This document shows positions 10,784 through 22,926 of a DNA stretch of 64,000 nt, one piece after another. A program made the translations under genes and the position numbers. The notes beneath the pieces are model-generated. The model was not told the DNA's origin. It saw nothing but the letters and a program-made list of their open reading frames with translations, and searched no databases. Location of the stretch: assembly GCF_018350175.1 (NCBI RefSeq), contig NC_058369.1, forward strand, positions 9,240,001 to 9,304,000, written 5' to 3'. Position 1 is the first letter of the stretch; every line of letters starts with the position of its first letter. The DNA is from Felis catus (Eukaryota).

Positions 10784-13539
10784 ACCGGTGTCCTCTTTCT
10801 TGGAATGTGCCCTTAACTCCACCCATTGATGGAACTGTAGGCCATCTCCGCATAGCATCAGCTGCTGCGTGCTGCAGGGGGCCTCCCCCACCCCCACGTG
10901 CGTGTAACACACCCACACACCAGGGGAGGGAGAATGCTGGGCACAAGGACGTTGACCTCTGGCATTGTTCCGTATGGCCCCTGACACCCAGGAGTCTGAG
11001 TTCCCACGTTGGCCTCGTCCTGCTCACAGCAAGAAGGACACCCAGGTAGAAGAAACCCCACAGGCCAGGAGTCCGCTTGCCTTCTTTGGCCCCATTTTGA
11101 GCTTCTGTTACTGCCCCGCTCACCCATCGTAACACATTCTCTCCTTCTGTGGGGGGCAGAGCCACAGGCTGCCCCACGCGTCTCGACTAGATACACACTT
11201 GTCGGGCCGGCGATGGCCCCTGGGAACGTGCTGAACAGAGCGCTGGTGGGGCTCTAGCAGGGAGAGGCCACCACAGGCCTTGTGTGCTTGGGTGGGCTTG
11301 ACATTTTGCAGGGGTCTTTCTTACTGCCTGTGGATGTGCCGGTGGGCCCAGGAATCCCAGCTGGGGGTCAAGCTGGCCAGTGGGGCACCCCTCGGTGCTC
11401 CCCGCCTTCCCTGGGTGCTCTTAGTCTCTTGTGACTTTCTATTCTGTCCCCCCACTCCCCCAGACCCCTCCTTCCCTTCTTCCTCTTGGCCGTGGCTCCC
11501 TGGCAAGGCTGGAGAGAAATAGACAAACTCTTCAAAAAAATTTTTTTTTAAGTTTCCCAAACTTTTCCAGATGCCAAGAAGAGGCCAGAGAAACCCTGCA
11601 ACTGCGGGGGTGTGGGTGGGTGGGGTGGGGAACATGTTCCAAGGCCTCCCCCCCACACTCGGTGGAAAGGAGGGAAACTAGGGGAACAGGGTGACTTTGG
11701 AACCTCAGACAGCCCACCTGGAGGTCAGAGGGCCACTTTGCCATCCCCAGCATGTGCCCAGCCTCACTTAAACCCCCCCCCCCCGCCAGTGTGGGGAGGC
11801 AGAAGCGGAGGATAATGTCCACAGGGCTCCTAGGGACTGCAGTATCACATTGCAAAGGAAGTGACTTCTGGGGTTCAGTAGGATTGAATTTGGGACAGAG
11901 CACCAACCCCCCAAGCTGAGTGAGGTCAGGAGCTGAGAAGAGAGGTAACCTGGCCCCAAGGGCTCCCTCCCCCATATTCTGGGGCCTGATAAGAGAACCC
12001 ACCACTGCTGGAACGAGGGAGTGCGGGGGACAGACATGAGGGGGTGGTGTGGGGGGACCGTGCAGGCACCACTGTCCTCCCCTGGTCGCACCCATAAGGG
12101 GTGCTGCCCCCACCTCTGCCGTTCTGTCCATCCACTCCCTGGACACCTCCTAAAACAAAGGCCTCTTTGTGGTCCTGGCCCACTGGCCCGCTGCCAGCCA
12201 CATTCTTTGCGTGTTTCCTGAGCACAGATCCCAGCTCAGTGGTCAGCTCCTCCCCCATTGGCCCAACTCCTCTGGGCTCAGAGCAGTCCCCTCTCTGCTG
12301 CCCTGCCCAGGGTCCTCCCACAGCTCCCATCCCTCCTGTCAACAGATGTGGGTCGAGAAGGGAGAGCCCTAGGAGCTCAGCCTCTGGGCCCACAGAGCTA
12401 TCAGGGGCAAGCGGAGATTCCAGCCATCCTGGCTCTGACTGATCTCAGTCCGTTCCGCTGAGCCTTGATGTTCCCTTCTGTGCGAATGGGGGAAATAACT
12501 ACCCCGTGGAACTATCAGACCGGTCAAATGTCTCCCAAACACCCAGCTCCTGCCTGCCACACAGTGGCTGTACCAAGTAACTCAAGCTCCCCGCATCGGC
12601 ACTGCACCCCGGGGGCTTGGGGAGCTGGTGGTAACTTCGGTGGATGGCTAAGGAGCTCAGAGGGTCTCCAGAGCCTTGAGTGGGACGCTTCCTACAGTCC
12701 CATGGGAGACCCAGAACCCAAGGCTTACTCTAGGGGAGCCCTTGCCGTCCTGTGGGATAGAGCTAGGTCCTTAACAGTGGCCCACCAATACCAGGCGTGG
12801 TCCTGTTCCCTGTGCCCCCTGCCCTTCCTGGCACCTACCTCAATCTGTAACAGCATTGGGCAGCCCTCTTTGGGTTAGACGTGGGCCAGGGCAGGGGCTA
12901 GATCTCTGAATAAGGGGACCTGGGAAGGGTGAAGGCAGGGAGCCCAATGGAGAGACGGCTGTGCTTTTAGCAATAGAGCACTTTGGAAAGTCGGCAGATA
13001 CACCCCCTGTCACCTCCAGTCACCAGTTACTCATGGTCACACACGGTCCTAATGAAGTCCTAGATTGCTGCTCTGGGGTCCCCCCCCCCTTGTTAAAAAA
13101 AATGTTCATAATTTGGAAAGAAAAGAAGCTTTTTACAAGCTGGCGGCTCTAGGGAACTTTCCGTCGGGTTCTTTCTGGCCTCGTGATGGGTGGGGCCCAC
13201 TTTTCCCTTCCTTCTCTCGAGCTCTCCTAATAATCCCCCTCCCCCAGCCCCACTAAACACACACACACGCTTTAGGGGACCTATAGCCGGCTGTCTCCCC
13301 CAGAAAGCTGAAGGAAGGTTGGGGACCTGTCTGTGCCCCCCGCCCCCCCCCCCCCCGCCTTGGGCCCCAGCCAAGCCCCAGCACCACCTCCCTCGCCCCC
13401 AGAGATCTCTGACCTGGGCCTAGAGTCCTCAGAGAGCAGCAGCCCTTCCCAGAATCCGCCCCGGGCCCCAGCCGTGCCCGCCCTCCCCCAGGGCTTGCCC
13501 CACTCCCCTGCTGAGTGAGGGTCCCCCGAGTCCTCCAGG

Positions 13540-14200
13540 AGTCCTGGGGCCCCTCCGGGGAGGAGGCGAGAGGTGCTGAGCTCACCGCCTCGGCATCTGC
13601 CCTCCCCCTCTCTGGTGCGAGGGCCGGCCGCACTCCCGCCAGCGCCTCGCTCCCTAATAGCTTTTTAAGTCCAACCACATGTGTCTGCGGAGCAAGGAGC
13701 CGCCCCTCGCAGGGCCTCGGCTCCCCTCCCTCGCCGGAGACCACCCTCCACTCGGAGCAGCCTCGGGGCTGGGGGAGGGGGTCTGCCTCCCGAGAGCCCA
13801 TCTGCTTGCCGCCGGCCCAGCTGGGCGAGGAGGGCCGTGGAGGCGGCTGAGTGCTCGGGGCTCCCGGGAGTGCTGTGCGAGGAGGCCGGCCCTGAGGCTC
13901 CGCGGGGCTCGAGGTCCGCCGGCCTCCCTTGCGGGTTCTGGGGTCCGCGATCCTCTCTCCCTGGGGCAGCAGGGAGGAGCCAGCTGTCTGGGTCTGGGAG
14001 CCCGAAGTGGGCGCCTAGGAGGTGGAGGGGGAGCTCCGACCTCCGCCTAGGGCCTCCCCGGCCACGGCTTTGTGCCAGCACCTCTCTCCCGCGCCCGGCT
14101 CCACTGTGGTGACCCCGTGATCGCCCCCTCTGACTTGTACACGTGTGGCTCCCTGTGCGTGTGAGTGGTCTGTGGGGAGGCCTGTGGGGTGCGGTTTCGC
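13540..14200. promoter_or_regulatory. CpG-rich island in NFIX intron 2
   Basis: Visibly high CpG and GC density (not computed). Confidence 0.55.
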
Positions 14201-15492
14201 AGAAGGGGAGTGAGGGCTGAGAACCAACGGGCAGGCAGGCCTGGGGTCCTAATGAGAAAATTGCTTCCAGCCAGGGAGCCCTGCTCTGCGGCTGAAATTG
14301 CATCCAGCCCGAGCCAACTCTGCTGCCGCAGTCCCGCCCTTCGGAAGGAGGTGGGGGAGCAGCCCTGGGCAGGGGGAGGAGCGGGGCTTGCACAAGACTC
14401 AGACCCCCTCCTCCCTGCCCCCCCCCCCAACACCTTGGAGAGAGTCTTCCGGCCTCTCGGGGGAGGAGGGGACTCAAGTGAGCTCCAGGGCCAGGCTTGG
14501 CTCAGGACCCTACAGCTTGATCCTTGGGAGGCAGAGGCGGGAGAGGGGACGGAGAGATTCTCCTCCTCTCCCTTCCCCTCAGTTCCACCACATTCGTAGA
14601 GCCCCCACCGCGGGCGGAGGTCCTCCGAGAGGTGGACCCATTTACAGGTTTACTGAGAAAGGGTGCGAAGAGCGCTTTGTCTCCACAGAGATCCTGGGTG
14701 CAAGTCGATCCCGCCAGGAGTAATTTGAAATTCAGCCTCTCCCAAAGACTTAGGGTTCAGCCCCTCCTGCCTGCTGCCCCTGCACTCGGGGGGGGGGGAG
14801 CCCTGTGTCTGCGCCACACACCCCCCCCCAGGCTAGGGGACCCACTCAGTGAAAAGCCAGCTTAGCTTGCTTTCTTCGGTTGCTCCAGCCTTTCAGGAGA
14901 ACCACCTACAGGAAGAGCAGAAACCGAGGCCCCGAAGCCAGCCCTGCTTCTGAGGAAAGCTGCCAGTTGGCTCCGTGAACTCCAGCCCCACAGATGAACC
15001 AGCCTCGGGCGTGCCCTTGCCCTGCCCCAGTGAACCAGAAGGTCCACCTTCTGGTTACCTGCGGGGAAGACCTATCCCACTCCTGGGAAAATACTTTCCT
15101 CACCTGGGGCTCTGGTCTCCGCTGCCGCTTTGCTCAGACTCTGGATCACCTGTTTTTTAGATTTTCGAGCTGGTGGTTAGGGACGAGGGTCGTGGGGGGA
15201 GGGGGAGGGGGCAGAAAGGGAATGGGCCGCATCCAAGTGCTTAGCTGCCCTTGGCACCTGAGGTGAACCTGACCATGAGATTGCTCCCCGGAGAGCCTGC
15301 CCCGTCAGCCTGGACCTTCCTGTCCCCCCCGACCCCCTGGGTGGGGCCTCACCCAGCACTGGCAAGTTGTAAAGGCTGAGCAGAGCAGGGAGTGAGCAGG
15401 AGTGCTCGAGGGAGGGAAGGAGGAAGGAAACAACCCCATTGTCATCCCCCAAATTACTGGCTGGGATGGCAGGGGAGGAGGCGGAAAGCCGA

Positions 15493-15524
15493 CATTGTTT
15501 ACTTAATTAAAAGTAAACAACAAT
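15493..15524. promoter_or_regulatory. palindromic SOX/FOX/homeodomain motif cluster
   Basis: CATTGTTTACTT-AATTAA-AAGTAAACAACAAT. Confidence 0.6.
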
Positions 15525-16706
15525 TTGCGCTGCCAGCCTCCCATTAGCTGTGTGCCGAGCCCCAGAGCTGGGGACTCGGCTTTCGCTCCCGCCAAGCCTG
15601 GCTCCTGTCACAACACCCCCAGCCGGGGCTCCCCAGGGCCCTGCACCCTTCCCTGGTTCTGTCCTTCTCAGGCTGAGCGGAGGAAACAAGCTAAAACCAG
15701 TAGTGTCTCAGCGTCCTCTGGGGTGGGATGAGAGTCACTTGGCAGGTCAGCGTGGGGTGAGAGACCCCTGCGTGTGTACATGGTTAGGCCTGGTTGTGGT
15801 CCAGCAGGGCAGGGCGGCGGGGGGGGGGGGGCACCACCTGTCAGTTTAGCCAGATGTTGGCTCACTGGGGAAGGTGGCCTCCCTGCTTCTCTCCCTACCT
15901 GAGTCTCCAGTCTTCACTACCTGGAGGCTTGGGCCTCTCTGCCCCACCTCCCACTTTTTTCCTTTTCCCTTTTAGCAGCTTATAAACATCCTTCTCCCAT
16001 CTTTTTGGCTCTGCTCCCAGAAGGGGGCTGTTCGAGGCTCCAGGAGGGCTTAGGGAGAGAAGCAAGCTCCCTGGGCCCGGGGAGAAGGGCTGCTGGAACT
16101 AAGTCTCCCCTCCCCCCACCCCTGCCAGGACAGCCACAGGTGACCCCGGGAACAGGGGAGGCGAGTTGGCCTCTGCTAGGGCTGAGCTGGGGACACCCAG
16201 CTCCAGCATTTCTGGAACCCCCAAGCAGGAGGGGTGGTAGGATGCTGAGAGGGTGGTGCATTGATTTCCTTCCACCGACCTCCAGGGACTGAGCAGGGTA
16301 GCGTACCTTTCCAGGGGTCTGTCCCCAGCCAAGTCCCCACCTCTCCTGTGGACTCCGCTGTCCCCGTCCCCCCCCCCCACCACTCCAGCGATACAGAGGT
16401 CAGGCTTCAGGTCTGGTTCAGGGCATGACTTTGGCTTCTGACTTTAACCATGACAGCTTTCCCTTCCTCTGTGGAGGTGGGGGCAAGTCACTTCCTAGCT
16501 CAGTGCTGCTTATCAGACCATTGCTGAGCTGGAGGTGCCCTCAGACTCCTCTGGCCAGATGGGTAAGGTGGGGAGAATATTTCAGAAAAAAAGAGCCAGA
16601 CCTGAGACACTTGGGAAGCCAAGCCACTGGGATTTAAGCCCAAAGGGGGAGAGGTAGGGCAAGGCCCTGGTAGTAAATACGAGAGTCTCAGTTTTCATCT
16701 TGTGCC

Positions 16707-16870
16707 CCAGAGTGGCGGGTCCCACCAGGCTGATTCTTCCCCGAGGCGACATTCGCCAATGGCGGAGACACTTTTGGTTGTCACTACTTGAGGGGGTGTG
16801 ATGCTACTGGCATCTAGTGGGTGGAGGCCAGAGATGCTCAAATCTTGCCCCACCACGGGGAATGGGCCAT
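16707..16870 (+). mobile_element. MER20-like relic
   Basis: ggagacacttttggttgtcactacttg..tgctactggcatctagtgggtggaggccagagatgct. Confidence 0.85.
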
Positions 16871-18639
16871 GGGGTGGGGTTTTTGAGAACCCTGGAGTTT
16901 GGCCCTCCGGCAAGATTTAGATACCCACCCTCTCCAAGAGCCATCCTGCCCCACCCACCCCTCTCCTCCCCCAACATTTGCATCCTTTTTGTCTTCCTCT
17001 GCCCCCATCAGGATTCACACATCCACACGCTCCCAGCTCCCGGATTCACACACATCAGGACTTTCACATGCACTCACACACACAGAAAAATCTGGGAAGT
17101 CTGTCCCGCGCTTAATTGAATTAAAGGACTGGGGTTTGGCAGGACATTGTGTATCTGAGCTGCAGCTTCTCGAAGCCGTTTCAGCTCCGGACAGGATGGT
17201 CCAGGCTCCCTGCGATTCCAGCTGCTGCTGTTCCTCTCCCCTCGCCTCCCCCCACTTTTCAAGCCAGGGGCCTGGGAAGGGCCAGGTCAGCGACACCCTA
17301 CTCCTCTCCTCTCCGCTCCCTGCCTTGCGTTCAAATACTGCTGGCAGGGGGTCGGGCCTCCTGAAAAGCAGGTACCCCCTAGCATGAGGCCAGGGGACTG
17401 GCGCAGACCGGTCCAGTCCAGTCCCTCCTTCCAGGCCTCCTGCTGCCCCGTGCCAGGGTCCGGAGCTACAGGGTGTCACTGGTTGGAAATGGGACGCACT
17501 TCTTGGCCCGATGTACAGCCATCCAGCTCTGTCTGCCAGGCCCGAGGGCTCCGGGGCGCCCGCCCGCCCGCCCTAGTGGGCAGAGCGGGATTGCCAGCAG
17601 AGGGCACACAGTGCTGGGGTGGGAGGACTACCGTGCCTCAGGTCCTTTCCCCAACCTGAGCCCATGGGGTGGGGTAGGGCATAGGGTGTGCAAGGCGAAG
17701 GGGATGCTTTTCTAGTCTCTTCCCTCCCACTGCTGCCAGGCTCCCTCTGTCAGCCTGTGCTTTGGCAGGCCGTGGAGGTGGGCCTGTTCTCAAGTCTCCC
17801 TTTACAACCCCGCTCTGGCCCCTTCTTGGGAAACAGGAGTGACCTCAGTCCCTGTCTCTCATCTGAGGAGGACTCCAGCACCAGAGCCCAGCCCTCGCTT
17901 TGAGGAAGCCCTGCAGGAGCCACGTCTATAGCCCAGAGCCCAAGGGTATTAGAAAGGTCCCAGGTCTAGAATAGGTACAGGGGACGCCCTGGGCCTCACT
18001 GTGGGCGGGAGGGGTGTAGTCAGCCACCCTGTGCCTCCTGGGGCTCCATCTTCTAGCATGTGCCACCCTCCCTGGCCATGCTTTTGTGGGGGGGGGCTGC
18101 TGCATGCAGATCTGCCCCCCCCCCCCAAAAAAAAACCCACAGCTTAAGAGCAGCCAGGGCAAACTGCTAATGGCCGGTAGTGCAGGCGTCCAGAAGGCCC
18201 ATTGGAGGATCCAGCCCAGCCCAGCCCCACATGTGTGACCCTAGGTACTTGGACAAGGCAGGGGGTACGGAGCAGGGCTCCCCCTACTACCCCCCACTGC
18301 TAGGCTGCTCCACTGGCTGACAGGAGGAGTGGGAGAAGGACTGGGGGGTCAGGGAAGCGGCCAGACCCAGTCCGGAGCCCTGAGCAGCGATCTGCACTGC
18401 CCAGGGTCAGGGGGGTGGGGGGAGCGGGCCTCACCTCGGCTAACCTCCCTGCCGAACAAAGGGGCCTTTCTCCACACCCGCCTGGGAGGGTGTGCCTGCC
18501 CGACGGCTGCCGCCACTGCAGAGAGCGCTGTTGGTTTTTTTTCTTCCTCCTCTTCTTCTTCTTCTTGACTTTTCTCCATTTCTCTCCCTCTTTTTGGTGC
18601 CTGATCTCTGACTTTTAGTCTCCATTTTTAACTTTTTGA

Positions 18640-19400
18640 GAGGCGGGGGCGGGGGGAGGGGGGGAGGCGGAAATCTTCCTCTTCAAGCGTTTATCAAGTA
18701 CAAGCGTTTATCAAGTACCGGGGCAGGTCTGTGCTGCCCAAAGGTGGGGGCGTCGTGGGAGTGTTGGGAACAGTCCTGGGGTCACGCGGCCGCAGACTCG
18801 CCCGCATCCAGAGCAGCCCCGCTCCGGGGAAGGCAGGTAGGGACCGAGCGGCGCGCCGGCGCCGTGCAGGGGGGGCCCGGGCTCGCTGGTTTACCCCCAC
18901 AGCCATGCACCTGGCAGCTCCCCCCTTCCCGCTCCTCCTCGCTCGCCCATTCCCCGGCCCCCTTCCATCCGGCCCCCGCACCGCAAGCTGTTCCTAATCA
19001 ATGAGAACGGGAAGCTCGGCCCTCACATTACATCACGGGATGTGCTTGGCAGCGGCGACGGCAGCAACGGGAGCCGCTGCCTCGGGCAGCACAGCCCTGG
19101 GTTCGAGCGGCCTAGGTCTGGCCGGGTCCTCCTTCCTGCTCAGGCCTCGTGGGTGTTGCAGAGGGAACCCGGGCCCCTGAAGCCTCCCGCGGGCGGCGCG
19201 CAGGTTCGCCGCCCCCGCCCCCGGCCGGGTCCCCGGCGCTGCCGGCGGAGGGCAGCTAGTGTTAACTCGCTGCGCCACCTAGCTACGGCGTCCGGGAATG
19301 CAGCGCGCCGTTCCCCCCGGGGTGCGGCCCCCGGGCCCAGCTGCCCCACTCTCCGGAAAGCCCCATCTGGCCCTTCGGGGCGTTGTCAGTGGAGAACTCG
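18640..19400. promoter_or_regulatory. CpG island in NFIX intron 2
   Basis: Dense CpG, GC boxes, ETS cores and a duplicated GATA site at its left edge. Confidence 0.7.
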
Positions 19401-20243
19401 GCACCTGCCAACCTGGAGGGTCGCTAGCTAGCAGCCCGGACCATCCCAGCCCTGTGGCTCTGTGTAGCTGCCCTTTGACAGGTGGCCAGCCTCAGTACTG
19501 TGTGCAGGTCCAAGCTTCTGGGAGATGCCCCTCAAGCTGCTGTTCAGGGTCACAGCAAAGCTGAGACACAGGGCCCTGGAAGCTGACCTCCTTGCCCCAT
19601 CTGTGCCGTCTTTACGTGTGCCTCACGCTTTATAGAGTATAAAACCATCGGGTCTTCTCTGTAAAAATCCCTACTCACAGCTCACTGTGCCGTCCGAGGC
19701 AAGCCTGGCAGGGGTTGGACCGGGAGGGAAAGGAGGCCTGGGAGACCACCGGGTGCCTCATAACAGCAGGTCTAGGATTTGGATTCCAGGCCCAGGGCTC
19801 GAGGCCACCTGCCTACCCACTCATTCAACCCAGCCTGGGCTTTCAGGGCTGAAAGTTGGAGATTTTGAGTCAGAGGCCTAGATTTTTCACGTTTTATCTG
19901 GACAGCTCTGGACGGTGGCTGCCTGAAGGCGTCGGGGGGCTGGGGAGTGGGGAGCAGAGCCAGCTGGCGAGAGCGGCTCCCTGCCCTGCCCTCCACAGGG
20001 AGACACTGCATCCTTCCTCTGGTTAGTGCAGCCCTCGGGCGCGGGGGTCTGTGTGGCCAGGCCTGCACTCCGGGCCCACCTGGGCTTTGCAGGAGAATTA
20101 GTGCTACTGGGGTTTCCACATCAATTCCTCGGGCATTGAGCGTCAAGGACGGACCTGCAGGAAAAAATGTTCTCGGGACGCGGAAGGTGCCAAACACCTG
20201 GTGCTTCTGTCCCCCGGGGGGGTCAGTGTAGCCACAGTTGGAA

Positions 20244-20273
20244 GAAGGATCTAGAAGGATCTAGGAGGATCTA
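20244..20273. repeat. 10-bp tandem repeat x3 (gaaggatcta)
   Basis: Directly visible, third copy has one mismatch. Confidence 0.85.
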
Positions 20274-22872
20274 TTTAGAGTCTTGTCAACCGCTCCCAAC
20301 TGCACGTCCAGGTGTGGTGGATATAGTCGTGAACAAAACACTGATAGGCCTTGACCCCAAGGGGATGATGGTCTGGTGGGGTGCTCCCAGGCAGGAACCC
20401 CTGGACCTGGGAGGCCTGGTGGCCAAGTCCTTAGGGCTCTTGAGCCCTCCAAAGCCAGAGTTTTCCACTCTTCCAGCCCTGGCCCAGCCAGAGGTTCCCA
20501 GTGTGGATGGGATTTGAAGGAAGGGCTACTTGGGCCTCCAGACTCCAGGCAGCAGTCCTCCACTTAGACCTTTGATTGTGGCACATGTTTGTGTTTGTTG
20601 CCCTTCCGTGAGCCCAAGTCTGTCTCCCCGCAGAAGGCAAGTCCTTGCTAAAGAGGCTCCTTTAGCCTGAATGTCAGGTGCTGCCCCTTAGGGGGCTGAG
20701 GAAGTTAGAGTGCCTGAGGGTAGGAGGCAGGTGGCCTCGGCCTGCTGTCGCTTAGGTGGGTTCTCCTTCCCAGGCCCCCTGGATTCTCCTTAGGAAAGGG
20801 GGGCGGGTGGGGTAAGACCGTGCTCATGGCCACAACGGGAGAGGTAGCGTGGAACACAAGGTGGCCAGGGAGCCCTCGTGTTGCCCCATCCTCGCCGTCT
20901 CCTGGCCAGTCTGTCCGTCTTTCCATAGGTAAGGAAGCTCCACATGTGGGAGGCTTCCCCTGCCCAGGGCTGAGGGTACCTCTCCTCTCTGTGGGGACTC
21001 ACTTCTGCCACCTTCTTTTCCCGGTCAGTTGTTCCTTTTCTGCCCCTTCTTCTCATTCTTTGCTTCCCCTCCCTTCCCCAGCACATTGCAAGGGCGTGTG
21101 GGTAGAGGCTCCTTGGCCTGGGGGCTCTCCAGGCCCTCACCCTGATGAGTGCCCTCTGCAGCCAACGGCTGGCTGCCACACAGCTGTGCTTAGGAAGCCA
21201 CTCCTGAGTATTTTCAGGAAAGTTTTCTCCCCTTCTGTTTTTGTGGTGGTTTTTTTTTTTTTTTTTTTTTTTAAAGGAGTCATTTCCTCCTTTCCTTTCT
21301 CTTTCTCTCTCTGCTTTCTTCCCTCTTTCCTCCCTCTTGGAACCTTCTCCTTCTCTTCAGCCTGAACAACTTCAGCCTTGTTTTGAACCACTTTGCTTTG
21401 GTTCTGATGTGCTGTCTTGGCCTCTCTCTCTCTCTCTTTTAGTTTTCATGTTGCCTTCTTGTCATTCTCTTGCTCGGGGGCTCAGTGATTGCTTCCCTCC
21501 TTTCCCCAAACTCCCACTTGGGTCAGGTGTGTCCCTCCAGAGCTTCTGTGCCCCCCCCCCCCCGTCACTTCTCATCCCTGGTTGGCATTAGCGCCCAGAG
21601 GACTCTGTGCCTTAACAAATAATTAGACCAAGGACAAGTGTGTTTGGGGGATGGGGGGAGGGTGATGCCTGACCCGGGGAGGTGGGGACACTATTAATAG
21701 TCCTAAGAGCAGCTGGAGGTGGGGGCAGTTGTCTGGCCAGGCCTGGGCAGCTTACAGGGCCAGAAAGGGCAATGCTGGAAATAGAGCGGGTGGGGGTGGG
21801 GGAGCAGCTCCGCGTGCCCCTAGCCCGGATGGGGGGACACCCTCCACAGGGCCCACCTTTTCTTGGTGTGCTGGGCCCACTGTCAGTTTCTGTCTATCAG
21901 GCTGAGGAGGGGACAGAAGCTTTAGGGGCTGGGGGCCACTCTTCTGGACCCCACTATTACATGACTCCTGGCCCCAGGCCCTCTTGGAAATGTTGGCTCC
22001 AGCTGCTGGTTGAGCCGTGGCACCAGCCGGCGCTCCCAGGAGAGGCAGCTGGGCACCCGTTGGGGCAGCACCGATGCTTCTGGTGTCCTCAGCTCTCTAT
22101 ACCCTTACCGCTGGGCTAGGATAGGCAAGGCCTAGGGCCCAGCGTCCTCAGAATCCGGGGCACAAGCATTTTCTCCCCCTTCCCTGTTGCCCTGACGCAT
22201 CCCCCGGGTAAGGGGATTTCCAGTGTGGTGGCCGTCCAGAGACCATTTACCGCGACCACTGACTTTGGGGAGGGACACGCCTGTAGAAGGCATCCCGCTT
22301 TCATTTCCCGACACACCTCTCTGCCCCTCTTTGCAGATCGTCATGGGCCAGGCCCTGAGGGAGCCCCTCAGCTTACTGGCTGTGTTCTCTGGGGCAAGAC
22401 ACCGGAAAATAGTAATCCAGGGCATACTCAGGGGTGTCATGAAGAGGATGCACGCCTGAGGGCAGGGAGCTGAGGGCCAGCCACACTCCCCCCCGAAGCA
22501 GCCTGTGAGCGGAGTGGGAGAAGGAGGAGCAGTTTCAGCTCATGGAGGCGAAGCACCTTTTACCTGTTTTCTCGTTTTCCTCGCCCGGGAACCCTAGGTG
22601 GTGGGTAGCACCTGCATTGAACAGAGGAAGAAACAGCTCAGAACTTGGCCAAGGTCACTGCGTTGGTAGATTCTAGAGCATGGATGTGAGCTCAAGAGGA
22701 GCCCCTTTCCACTGTCGCTGGTTATCCACCTCTATCCCCCTCTGCCCTCCCTGTGCTGGGGTGAGGCCCCCCCCCCTTAGAGCAGACACGGGGTCCAGAC
22801 CAAGGACATCTCCCCTGGATAGGCCAAGGGCAGGCTCTGGGCAAACGTGGGCCAGGGCCCGGGGCGGGGGTG

Positions 22873-22926
22873 CTCCCGCCTCCCACCTCCCGCCTCCCGC
22901 CTCCCGCCTCCCGCCTCCCGCCTCCC
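22873..22926. repeat. (CTCCCGC)n heptamer repeat
   Basis: ~7.5 copies, one variant copy. Confidence 0.9.
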
